Assembly (NCBI RefSeq): GCF_039977835.1
Contig: NZ_JBDWCL010000017.1
Location: forward strand, 72,403-136,402
Length of the DNA: 64,000 bases
Origin: Marinobacter sp.
Lineage (GTDB): Bacteria > Pseudomonadota > Gammaproteobacteria > Pseudomonadales > Oleiphilaceae
Reading direction: 5' to 3'
Made by a program: the position numbers and the translations under genes. The notes beneath the pieces were generated by a model that was not told where the DNA came from, made no database searches, and saw only the letters and a list, made by a program, of their open reading frames with translations. Positions 30,015 through 38,759 of the stretch are shown here, in pieces (positions within the stretch are counted from its first letter, which is position 1; each line of letters begins with the position of its first letter).

Positions 30015-30044
30015 GCCGATACTCCGAATTAAAGAAGACAACGC

Positions 30045-31181
30045 ATGGCCGAAGAAAACGACAACAGTCAGGAAAAAACCGAAGAGGCCACCCCCCGAAG
30101 GCTCGAAAAAGCCAAGGAGGATGGCCAGACCGCCCGCTCCAAAGAACTGGCCACGATGGCCGTTTTGCTGGCCGGCGCTGGTGGTCTGCTGATGTTCGGA
30201 GCTTCCCTGGGCGCCTCTATGGAAAGTATCATGCGCGACAGCTTCGTAATAGAACGCTCCGCCATCTTCGACACCCGCCACATGAGCGTTCAACTGATTG
30301 CTTCGGCAAAAGAAGCCGCCTGGGCTCTCGCACCACTGCTGGTCCTGCTGCTGATTGCCGCCATCGCCGGCTCCATCGGTATAGGCGGCCTGCTGGTCAG
30401 CGGCAAGGCCATCGCCCCCAAACTGAATCGTATGGACCCTCTCAAAGGTCTGAAACGCATGTTCTCCATGCGCTCGCTGATCGAACTGGTGAAAGCGATT
30501 CTCAAAGTCGGCCTGGTCATGGCCGTGGCGATCCTGATTCTGAACCTGCGCACAGATGACCTGCTCAGTATCTCCGAAGAACCCGCCCGGTCAGCCATGG
30601 AACACGTTGTCTGGACCCTTGGCTGGAGCTTTTTCATTTTGGCCTGCGCTACCATCGTCATCGCTGCGATCGACGTGCCTTTCCAGATCTTCGATCATCA
30701 GAAAAAGCTGCGCATGACCAAGCAGGAAGTGAAAGACGAGTACAAGGACACTGAAGGTAAACCGGAAGTGAAGGGCAAGATCCGCCAGCTGCAGCGCGAA
30801 ATGGCCCAGCGCAGGATGATGCAGGATGTGCCCGGGGCAGACGTGGTGATCACCAACCCGACGCACTATGCGGTGGCGTTGAAATACGACCAGAAGAAAA
30901 TGGCAGCGCCCATTGTGGTCGCCAAGGGGTCGGACGAAACGGCCTTCAAGATCATGGAGATTGCCCGCGAACACAAGGTGGATATCCTCCGTACGCCACC
31001 TCTGACACGGGCGGTTTACCACAACACCGAGGTGGGCGGCGAGATCCCGGATGGCCTGTATATGGCCATTGCCCAGGTGCTGGCCTACGTATTCCAGCTT
31101 CGTCAGTTCCGTAAAGGGCGTGGCCAGAAACCCCATATTCCGGACTTTCCGATTCCTTCGGATTTGCGGCGGGATGTTTGA
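30045..31181 (+). CDS. flhB: Export specificity switch FlhB
   Basis: KTEEATPRR, four TMs, autocleavage NPTH. Confidence 0.98.
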   Translation: MAEENDNSQEKTEEATPRRLEKAKEDGQTARSKELATMAVLLAGAGGLLMFGASLGASMESIMRDSFVIERSAIFDTRHMSVQLIASAKEAAWALAPLLVLLLIAAIAGSIGIGGLLVSGKAIAPKLNRMDPLKGLKRMFSMRSLIELVKAILKVGLVMAVAILILNLRTDDLLSISEEPARSAMEHVVWTLGWSFFILACATIVIAAIDVPFQIFDHQKKLRMTKQEVKDEYKDTEGKPEVKGKIRQLQREMAQRRMMQDVPGADVVITNPTHYAVALKYDQKKMAAPIVVAKGSDETAFKIMEIAREHKVDILRTPPLTRAVYHNTEVGGEIPDGLYMAIAQVLAYVFQLRQFRKGRGQKPHIPDFPIPSDLRRDV

Positions 31182-31223
31182 GTTTGGAGTTTGCCTGTTT
31201 TATAGCCTGATGGTTGTGGGGAG

Positions 31224-31333
31224 GTGGTTCGTCGGGTGGGCTTTCCAAAACACGCTCAAGCACATCCCTGTGGCGCTTGAGCTCCGCCATCCATGGCTCC
31301 GCACAGTTTTGGAAAGCCCACCCGACGAACCAC
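31224..31333 (-). repeat. Palindromic intergenic element, copy 2 (inverted relative to copy 1)
   Basis: Perfect 28-bp arms 31224-31251 / 31306-31333; the reverse complement of its 54-bp core is identical to the first 37 bp of the copy 1 core. Confidence 0.93.
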
Positions 31334-31364
31334 TTCTGACCTTTCGGTTAACTCCAAACGTAGC

Positions 31365-32234
31365 TCAGGACCGAGCTTCAATAACCCGAACCATGGGATC
31401 ATGCCGGCTTTCGGGAATCGGAAGGCGATCATAAAAGTCCGCAGGATTGTGGACCGCCACAGAAGGGAACCCGCAAACAGTAAAATGCTCAGCGGCCTGT
31501 TGGTCATTCAGGAAATGAAAGCTGACATCACTCCGCGTCACCGCCCCCAGTAAACCGCCAAGGGACTTCAGTGTTCCCCGGAGCAGCGGCCGTTCTGGCA
31601 TCAAGTAGCATTCGGACAGGTAGACCGAGCCCGGGCGCGGCTGCATCAGCCGGGCCAGGCGGTTCCAGAACTTTGAAATGACCGGCAGCGAGAAGTAACT
31701 GGTCAGGCCCTCGGTAATTACAACCATGGGTTCGTTGTTGTCGAAAGCCCTCTTGACGACCACCTCCAGGGACTGCACACCGGATTCCGCCAGAATATCG
31801 ACGGGCATGACCTGGTGTTTATCGCCTAACCGACCGGCGACCAGCAACCGTGCTGCCTTGCGGGTGGCCATGTCGGGTAGGTCGGCTTCCACCATGTGAA
31901 TGTGTGGATATTTGTCCCGCAAGCGGATGCCTCTCGGTGACATGCCGCAGGCAATTTCCAGCACCTGGGTGACACCGCGCCCGAGGGCCTGTTCGATCAG
32001 GTGGTCGATAATCAGGTGGCGTTGCAGCAGGAAGGTGCGGATGTTGCCGCCGAGGAGAGCCTTGCTGCTTGCCTCAAACGGTGTCATCAGATGGTATAGC
32101 CAGCGGCCCTGGCCGGTGGCCAGTATGTCGTCTGATAGCCCGTTCCGGTGCCAGACGGCACCGGTGTAAAGGGCGGTAAAGCTGATGCTCGAGCTGTCTT
32201 TGCCAGGGCTGTTGTCAGAGGGTGTCGTGTTCAT
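31365..32234 (-). CDS. Class I SAM-dependent methyltransferase (leucine carboxyl methyltransferase/TcmP-like)
   Basis: ISFTALYT, QVLEIACGMSPRG motif I, VEADLP, VDIL, ITEGLTSYF; start overlaps uraA stop by 20 nt. Confidence 0.82.
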   Translation of the reverse strand: MNTTPSDNSPGKDSSSISFTALYTGAVWHRNGLSDDILATGQGRWLYHLMTPFEASSKALLGGNIRTFLLQRHLIIDHLIEQALGRGVTQVLEIACGMSPRGIRLRDKYPHIHMVEADLPDMATRKAARLLVAGRLGDKHQVMPVDILAESGVQSLEVVVKRAFDNNEPMVVITEGLTSYFSLPVISKFWNRLARLMQPRPGSVYLSECYLMPERPLLRGTLKSLGGLLGAVTRSDVSFHFLNDQQAAEHFTVCGFPSVAVHNPADFYDRLPIPESRHDPMVRVIEARS

Positions 32235-33477
32235 GGATCTTTTTGCCCCAGGCCTCACCGCTGCCGGGGAGGATCAGGTTCAGTGCGATGGCCACCACTG
32301 CGCAAAGGGCGATGCCTTCAATATTGCCTATCGCCATGCCGCCGATACCGAACACCAGAGTGATGGCTACGATGACCAGGTTACGGGCCTGTGACAGGTC
32401 TACCTGGTGACGGATCAGGGTGTTCAGGCCTACCACAGCGATCGAGCCGAACAGCAGACACAGGATACCGCCCATAACCGGGGCCGGGATGGTCTGCAGG
32501 GCTGCGCCGAACTTGCCCACGAAGGCCAGTACGATGGCAATGCAGGCGGCCCAGATCATGACTTTCGGGTTGAAGTTTTTGGTCAGCACCACAGCGCCGG
32601 TCACTTCGGAGTAGGTGGTATTGGGCGGGCCACCGAGGGCCGAGGCAGCGCTGGTTGCCAGGCCGTCGCCCAGCAGGGTGCGGTGCAGACCGGGCTTTTT
32701 CAGGTAGTTTTTGCGGGTAACGGTGCCAATGGCCAGGATATCGCCGATGTGCTCGATGGCAGGTGCGATGGCGACCGGGATCATGAACAGGATGGCTGCC
32801 CAGCTGAATTCCGGGGTCACGAAATTGGGGACGGCGAACCAGGGTGCTTCGCTGATAGGGGATAGATCCACAATTCCGGCAATGGCGGATAGGATATACC
32901 CCACAACAATGCCGAACATGATCGGAATCAGTCGGAAAATACCGCTGGACCAGACAGCCATGATCACTGTCACTGCCAGGGAAATCATGGCGATCCAGAT
33001 AGCGGTGTCGTAGGGCACCAGTTGCTCCGCGCCGTCACCGGTGCGGCCGGAGGCCATGTGAACGGCAACGGGTGCCAGGCCAAGGCCGATTACCATGATC
33101 ACCGGTCCGATCACCACCGGGGGTAGCAGACGTGTGATGAAACCCGTGCCGCGCAGGCGAACCGCGCCACTGAGCACAATGTAGAGAATACCCGCAGCCA
33201 TAAGGCCCCCCAGGGTTTCCTCCAGGCCGAAGCGGCCCTTGGCGGCAATGATCGGCGCGATAAACGCAAAGGAAGAGGCCAGGAAAATGGGAATCTGGCC
33301 GCCGGTGACGATGTGGAAAATCAGGGTGCCAATGCCGGCAGTGAAGAGCGCAACATTGGGGTCCAGGCCGGTAATCAGCGGCATCAGCACCAGCGCGCCA
33401 AAGGCGACCAGCAACATCTGCGAGCCGGCAAGGGCCTGTTTCCATACCGGGTCGTTCAGGTGGTCCTGCATGGTCAC
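32215..33477 (-). CDS. uraA: Uracil/xanthine permease (NCS2)
   Basis: [23 protein letters not shown] signature; GTG start overlaps upp stop. Confidence 0.93.
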   Translation of the reverse strand: MTMQDHLNDPVWKQALAGSQMLLVAFGALVLMPLITGLDPNVALFTAGIGTLIFHIVTGGQIPIFLASSFAFIAPIIAAKGRFGLEETLGGLMAAGILYIVLSGAVRLRGTGFITRLLPPVVIGPVIMVIGLGLAPVAVHMASGRTGDGAEQLVPYDTAIWIAMISLAVTVIMAVWSSGIFRLIPIMFGIVVGYILSAIAGIVDLSPISEAPWFAVPNFVTPEFSWAAILFMIPVAIAPAIEHIGDILAIGTVTRKNYLKKPGLHRTLLGDGLATSAASALGGPPNTTYSEVTGAVVLTKNFNPKVMIWAACIAIVLAFVGKFGAALQTIPAPVMGGILCLLFGSIAVVGLNTLIRHQVDLSQARNLVIVAITLVFGIGGMAIGNIEGIALCAVVAIALNLILPGSGEAWGKKIHEHDTL

Positions 33478-34112
33478 ACGTCCTTCTGCTTGGTGCCGAA
33501 AATCTTGTCGCCGGCGTCGCCAAGGCCAGGAAGGATATAGCCTTTCTCGTTCAGCCTGTCATCAATGGATGCGGTGTAGATGGAGACATCCGGGTGCTTT
33601 TCCAACACTTTTTTGATGCCTTCCGGTGCGGCGACCAGAACCAGGGCGCGTATTTCATGGCTTCCGGCTTTCTTGAGCAGATCAATGGTGGAAATCATCG
33701 AGCCGCCGGTGGCCAGCATGGGGTCCACAATCATGGCCATGCGCTGGTCCAGTTCGCCCACCAGTTTTTCGAGGTAGGTGCTGGCTTCCAGGGTTTCCTC
33801 GTTTCTCACCTGGCCGACAACACTTACCCGGGCACCGGGGATCAGGGTCAGTACGCCGTCCAGCATACCCATGCCGGCGCGTAAGATTGGAACGACGGTG
33901 ATCTTCTTGCCCTGGATCTGTTCAATTTCCACCGGGCCAGCCCAACCCTCAATGGTCTTTTTCTGCAGGGAGAAATCCTTGGTGGCCTCGTAGGTCAGCA
34001 GGGCCCCCACTTCCTGGGCCAGTTCCCGGAAATTCTTGGTGCTGATGTCGGCGCGGCGCATCAGGCCGAGTTTGTGGCGGATCAGCGGGTGTTTCACCTC
34101 GTGGATTGGCAT
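33474..34112 (-). CDS. upp: Uracil phosphoribosyltransferase
   Basis: [35 protein letters not shown]. Confidence 0.98.
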   Translation of the reverse strand: MPIHEVKHPLIRHKLGLMRRADISTKNFRELAQEVGALLTYEATKDFSLQKKTIEGWAGPVEIEQIQGKKITVVPILRAGMGMLDGVLTLIPGARVSVVGQVRNEETLEASTYLEKLVGELDQRMAMIVDPMLATGGSMISTIDLLKKAGSHEIRALVLVAAPEGIKKVLEKHPDVSIYTASIDDRLNEKGYILPGLGDAGDKIFGTKQKDV

Positions 34113-34189
34113 GGGGTCACCTTTATTTGCGTTCTGGTCTGTGTCTGGATGCTGTGTGTCGCGCGGCGCAAAGGCCGGCAAATGGCGCA

Positions 34190-34218
34190 AGGATACCGTA
34201 TATCGACAGGTCCGTCAG
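34190..34218 (-). promoter_or_regulatory. Candidate sigma70 promoter of upp-uraA-MTase
   Basis: Minus strand CTGACG-N17-TATCCT, followed 6 nt later by ATTTG. Confidence 0.5.
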
Positions 34219-34246
34219 GCATGGCGGGCAGAAAAACTCTGAAGGC

Positions 34247-34262
34247 TGGTACGGATCTTGCG
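34247..34262 (+). promoter_or_regulatory. Sigma54 promoter of the flhA operon
   Basis: TGGTAC-GGATC-TTGCG. Confidence 0.75.
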
Positions 34263-34345
34263 AATACCCTCCCTATCGATGCGCAGGCGTCAAAAAACCA
34301 CCCGCGGATAACCGCGGTTAACCGCTTTTCGGAGAATTTTCCGGC

Positions 34346-36514
34346 ATGGACCGAGCGTTAGTCCTCAATAATGTCAAATCCCTGACGCGGGGTAATCTGG
34401 GCGTTCCCGTTATGCTGATGGGACTGCTGGGCATGATGATACTGCCCATGCCCGCGTTCATGCTGGACGTGTTTTTTACCTTCAACATCACGCTATCCAT
34501 CGTGATCCTGCTGGTGTGTGTCTATGCCCTGCGACCCATGGAGTTTGCCTCCTTTCCCACGGTATTGCTGGTAGCCACGCTGCTGCGGCTGGCACTCAAC
34601 GTTGCCTCCACCCGGATCGTACTACTTAACGGCCACGAAGGCGGGGACGCCGCCGGTAAGGTCATCGAATCCTTTGGGGCGGTACTGATCGGCGGAAACT
34701 ACGCGGTTGGCCTGGTGGTGTTTGCCATCCTCATGATCATCAACTTTCTGGTGGTTACCAAAGGCGCTGGCCGGGTTTCCGAAGTCAGTGCGCGCTTCAC
34801 CCTGGATGCCATGCCGGGCAAGCAGATGGCCATTGATGCAGACCTCAATGCCGGCCTGATCAACCAGGATGAGGCCAAGCACCGTCGTTCCGAGATTGCC
34901 CAGGAGGCAGACTTCTACGGCTCCATGGACGGTGCCAGCAAGTTCGTCAAGGGCGATGCCGTTGCCGGGTTGTTGATACTGGCCATCAACCTGATCGGTG
35001 GTATTGTCATCGGCATGCTCCAGCACGGACTGGATTTTGGCACTGCCACCCAGAACTACGCGCTGCTGACCATTGGTGACGGCCTGGTCGCCCAGATTCC
35101 CTCCCTGCTGCTCTCCACCTCCGCCGCCATCATGGTGACGCGAGTGACATCAAGCCAGGACATGGGCGGACAGATCCTGCAGCAGATGTTCAACGCGCCC
35201 AAGGCACTGGGCATTGCCGCCTTTATCCTGATCATTCTCGGCCTGATTCCGGGTATGCCCCATGTGGCCTTTCTTGGTCTTGGCGCTATTTCCGGTGCGA
35301 TTGCCTGGTACATCTGGCAGGAAGAGCGCCAGACCGTTGAAGAGGAAGGTGTGTATCCGGCAAGGGGAGGCGGTGCGAGGCCGGCTGGCCGTGACATTAC
35401 ATCTGCTGGTGACAGCGTTGAACAGGGCGCCCAGCTTCCACCTCCGGGTGAGACCCGGGAGCTGGGATGGGACGACGTGGCAACCGTGGACATTGTTGGC
35501 CTGGAGGTGGGATACCGGCTGATCCCGCTGGTGGACAAATCCCAGGGCGGTCAGTTGTTGAGTCGGATCAAGGGGGTGCGCAAGAAGCTTTCCCAGGATC
35601 TGGGGTTCCTGATGCCATCCGTTCACATTCGCGACAACCTTGACCTGATGCCCAATGTGTATCGCATAACCCTGATGGGCGTGACCATCGCCGAGGCCGA
35701 GATCCATCCGGACCGGGAACTGGCCATCGACCCGGGGCAGGTGTTTGGCAAGATTGAGGGTATTGCGGGCAAGGACCCCGCTTTCGGTCTCGACGCCAGC
35801 TGGATCGAGCCGGACAAGAAGGATCAGGCGCAGACACTGGGCTATACGGTTGTGGATGCCAGCACAGTGGTGGCCACACACCTCAACCAGATCCTGCAGA
35901 AACACGCCCATGAGTTACTGGGCCATGAGGAGGTTCAGAAATGGCTGGACCAGCTGGAAAAGGTATCGCCAAAGCTGGCTGAAGAGTTGGTCCCCACTAC
36001 TGTATCGATCAGTCTGTTGCTGAAAGTGTTGCAGAACCTGCTGAAAGAGGAAGTGCCGGTAAGGGATATGCGGTCCATTGCCGAAGCTATCGTCAACGTG
36101 CATCCGAAGAGCCAGGACCCGAAACTGCTGACCACCGTTGCCCGCCAGTCACTGCGCCGGATGATTGTTCAGAGCATCTGTGGCAACGATGCCGAGATCC
36201 CGGTAATCACCCTGGATCCAGACCTGGAACAGTTATTGCTTAAGTCCATGCAGCAGAGTCAACAATCCGGCGGTCAGGAAGACATCGGGCTGGTACTGGA
36301 ACCGAATATGGTCGAGAAGCTCCAGCGCTCACTTCAGGACAGCGTCCAGCGCCAGGAAATGCTGGGCAAGCCGGCAATACTGCTGGTATCCGGGCCACTG
36401 CGACCGGTACTGGCCAAGTTTGCAAGTTTCGGGGTAGAGCGATTGCACGTGTTGTCCTACCAGGAAATTCCGGACAACAAACAGATTACCATCGTGGCAT
36501 CCGTAGGCCAGTAA
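34346..36514 (+). CDS. flhA: Export gate FlhA
   Basis: FTLDAMPGKQMAIDADL, FYGSMDGASKFVKGDA. Confidence 0.98.
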   Translation: MDRALVLNNVKSLTRGNLGVPVMLMGLLGMMILPMPAFMLDVFFTFNITLSIVILLVCVYALRPMEFASFPTVLLVATLLRLALNVASTRIVLLNGHEGGDAAGKVIESFGAVLIGGNYAVGLVVFAILMIINFLVVTKGAGRVSEVSARFTLDAMPGKQMAIDADLNAGLINQDEAKHRRSEIAQEADFYGSMDGASKFVKGDAVAGLLILAINLIGGIVIGMLQHGLDFGTATQNYALLTIGDGLVAQIPSLLLSTSAAIMVTRVTSSQDMGGQILQQMFNAPKALGIAAFILIILGLIPGMPHVAFLGLGAISGAIAWYIWQEERQTVEEEGVYPARGGGARPAGRDITSAGDSVEQGAQLPPPGETRELGWDDVATVDIVGLEVGYRLIPLVDKSQGGQLLSRIKGVRKKLSQDLGFLMPSVHIRDNLDLMPNVYRITLMGVTIAEAEIHPDRELAIDPGQVFGKIEGIAGKDPAFGLDASWIEPDKKDQAQTLGYTVVDASTVVATHLNQILQKHAHELLGHEEVQKWLDQLEKVSPKLAEELVPTTVSISLLLKVLQNLLKEEVPVRDMRSIAEAIVNVHPKSQDPKLLTTVARQSLRRMIVQSICGNDAEIPVITLDPDLEQLLLKSMQQSQQSGGQEDIGLVLEPNMVEKLQRSLQDSVQRQEMLGKPAILLVSGPLRPVLAKFASFGVERLHVLSYQEIPDNKQITIVASVGQ

Positions 36515-36574
36515 AGGCCGCGGACGGCAAGGCGGAAGGCGACACAGAGCGCTGACCGGGGAGGAAGAGTCATC

Positions 36575-37870
36575 ATGAAAGTAAAACGGTTTTTTGCACA
36601 GAGCATGGCAGAGGCGCTGCGCCAGGTGCGTGACCAGATGGGGCCGGATGCGGTGATTCTGTCCAATCGTCGTGTGGATGGTGGTGTCGAAATAGTGACA
36701 GCACTGGATTATGACGAAAACATGGCGCGTCAACGGCTGGGCGATGCCGCGCGGGAAGCAACCAACGGCTCGCGGCTGGCGGAGCTCCAGGCGGAACAGC
36801 ACCGCCGCCTGGAGGATGAGCTTGGCCGTTCCCGGGAGCGAATCCGCGAAGTCAGGGAAAAACGCGCCGTCCAGGGCAGTCGGAATAATGTCGGGGATCA
36901 GGGTTTTGCCAGCATGGCAGCCGATGCCTTCAGCGGCAGCGAAGTCATGCCGCAAGAGACCGTCAATGCAGATTCCGGATATTCCGGCGAACTGGCCCAG
37001 ATGCGTGCAGAGATCAGTTCTCTCAGGGACCTGGTCAGTGCCAACCGTGGTCCCGAGCCTGAGAAAACCGCGGTGAATGCCGTGCAGCAACGTCTGGCGG
37101 AACGGCTGCAGGAATTTGGCCTGGGCCATGAGCTTGCCGGCTCACTGTCCCGTCGACACCGTGCGGGGCGCCTGGAGGATGGTTGGAAGCAGTCGCTGAA
37201 GATGCTGGCGGCCGGTGTGAAAACCGCCCGGACCGAGTGGTCGGAAGAGGGCGGCGTCTATGCCCTGGTGGGACCTACCGGATCCGGCAAGACCACCACC
37301 ATCGGCAAACTCGCGGCCCATTACGTACTGCGTCATGGCGCGGACTCCCTGGCGCTGGTGACCACGGACCGCTATCGGGTGGCCGCCCATGAGCAATTGT
37401 TCGTATTCGGGCGTATTCTGAATGTGCCGGTGAGGGTGGTGGATGAGAGCCATTCCCTGGATGATATTCTCGACGAGTTATCGGACCGGCACCTGGTGCT
37501 GATTGATACCGCCGGCCTTACCAGCACCGACAAAGGCTACGAGGAGCAACTTACGGAACTGGCCCGTAGCCACCATCAGATTCGTACCCATCTGGTGGTT
37601 TCCGCAACGAGTCAGCCGCGTATCATGAAATCCGTCTGGCATTGCTATAAGATGGCAAATCTGACGGGTTGTGTGATGACCAAAATTGACGAAGCACTGA
37701 CCCTGGGAGAATCGCTGGGATTTGTCATGGAGACAGGGTTACCGGTGGCCTATTACACCGACGGCCAGAAGATCCCGGAAGACCTGCACCACGCCGAGCC
37801 CGTGCCGTTGGTGCGGCTGGCCGTGGAGAGGCTGAAAAAACTCCAGCAGCAAGAGGCAGTCGCTGTTTAA
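36575..37870 (+). CDS. flhF: SRP-like GTPase FlhF
   Basis: GPTGSGKTTT, DTAG, TKIDE, GQKIPEDL. Confidence 0.97.
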   Translation: MKVKRFFAQSMAEALRQVRDQMGPDAVILSNRRVDGGVEIVTALDYDENMARQRLGDAAREATNGSRLAELQAEQHRRLEDELGRSRERIREVREKRAVQGSRNNVGDQGFASMAADAFSGSEVMPQETVNADSGYSGELAQMRAEISSLRDLVSANRGPEPEKTAVNAVQQRLAERLQEFGLGHELAGSLSRRHRAGRLEDGWKQSLKMLAAGVKTARTEWSEEGGVYALVGPTGSGKTTTIGKLAAHYVLRHGADSLALVTTDRYRVAAHEQLFVFGRILNVPVRVVDESHSLDDILDELSDRHLVLIDTAGLTSTDKGYEEQLTELARSHHQIRTHLVVSATSQPRIMKSVWHCYKMANLTGCVMTKIDEALTLGESLGFVMETGLPVAYYTDGQKIPEDLHHAEPVPLVRLAVERLKKLQQQEAVAV

Positions 37871-37916
37871 TAACAACACAGCCTGCGGTTAAACGTGGCA
37901 AGAGATCAGAACCAGT

Positions 37917-38729
37917 ATGAGCAAACCACATCCGGTACAGGTGATTGCGATTTCCGGCGGGAAGGGTGGCGTTGGCAAGAGTAACGTTGCGGTAAACCTT
38001 GGTATCGCCCTTTCACAGAAAGGGCGGCGGGTGGTGCTTCTTGATGCCGATCTTGGGCTTGGCAACATAGACGTATTGCTGGGCATTACCGCCAGCCGAA
38101 ATATCCAGGATGTCATTACCGGCGAATGTGAACTGCGGGACGTGCTGGTCAACGGCCCTGGCGGCATCAAAATTGTGCCTGCCTCCTCCGGCACCCAGCG
38201 GATGACCCAGCTGACCTCGCTTGAGCACGCTGGCCTGATCAATGCCTTCAGTGAGCTGGGCGACCAGATTGACGTGCTGATTGTGGATACCGCAGCCGGT
38301 ATTTCCGACTCCGTCGTCAGCTTCCTTCGCGCCTCTCAGGAACTGTTGCTGGTTGTGTGCGACGAACCCACTTCCATCACCGACGCCTACGCCCTGATTA
38401 AACTGATGAACCGGGACTACGGCACCAACCGTTTCCGTATACTGGCAAATCAGGTACGTAATGAGCAGGAAGGCCGCCATCTTTTTGAAAAACTGACCAG
38501 AGTGACCGAGCGGTTTCTGGATGTGGCACTACAATATGTTGGTATAGTGCCTTACGACGAGGCCGTTAAAAAGGCGGTCCAGCGTCAGCGTGCTGTGCTG
38601 GACGCCTATCCCCGAGCCAAGGCATCACTGGCTATCAAGAGCCTGGCTGAGAAGGTCGACAACTGGCCGTTGCCACAATCGCCACGGGGCCATCTGGAAT
38701 TCTTCGTGGAGCGGCTCGTCGAAGTCTGA
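37917..38729 (+). CDS. fleN: MinD-like flagellar number regulator FleN/FlhG
   Basis: GKGGVGKS, DADLGL, EPTSITDAY. Confidence 0.96.
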   Translation: MSKPHPVQVIAISGGKGGVGKSNVAVNLGIALSQKGRRVVLLDADLGLGNIDVLLGITASRNIQDVITGECELRDVLVNGPGGIKIVPASSGTQRMTQLTSLEHAGLINAFSELGDQIDVLIVDTAAGISDSVVSFLRASQELLLVVCDEPTSITDAYALIKLMNRDYGTNRFRILANQVRNEQEGRHLFEKLTRVTERFLDVALQYVGIVPYDEAVKKAVQRQRAVLDAYPRAKASLAIKSLAEKVDNWPLPQSPRGHLEFFVERLVEV

Positions 38730-38759
38730 ATTTGATCCTGTCACCGAAAAGCCGGATAC

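Noticed and set aside
30015-30022. GCCGATAC sigma28 -10-like motif before flhB
   Set aside because: No -35 (TAAA/TCAA) at the right spacing; it is part of the repeat's end
29780-30559. ORFs reading through the palindromic element (MGMAIQN..., MAELKRH..., also 30952-31553)
   Set aside because: Translations of the non-coding repeat overlapping fliR, flhB or the MTase; their mutual similarity comes from the repeat
29912-31333. CRISPR array or autonomous IS interpretation of the repeats
   Set aside because: Only two copies, inverted and 1.2 kb apart, with no spacers, cas genes, transposase or target-site duplication
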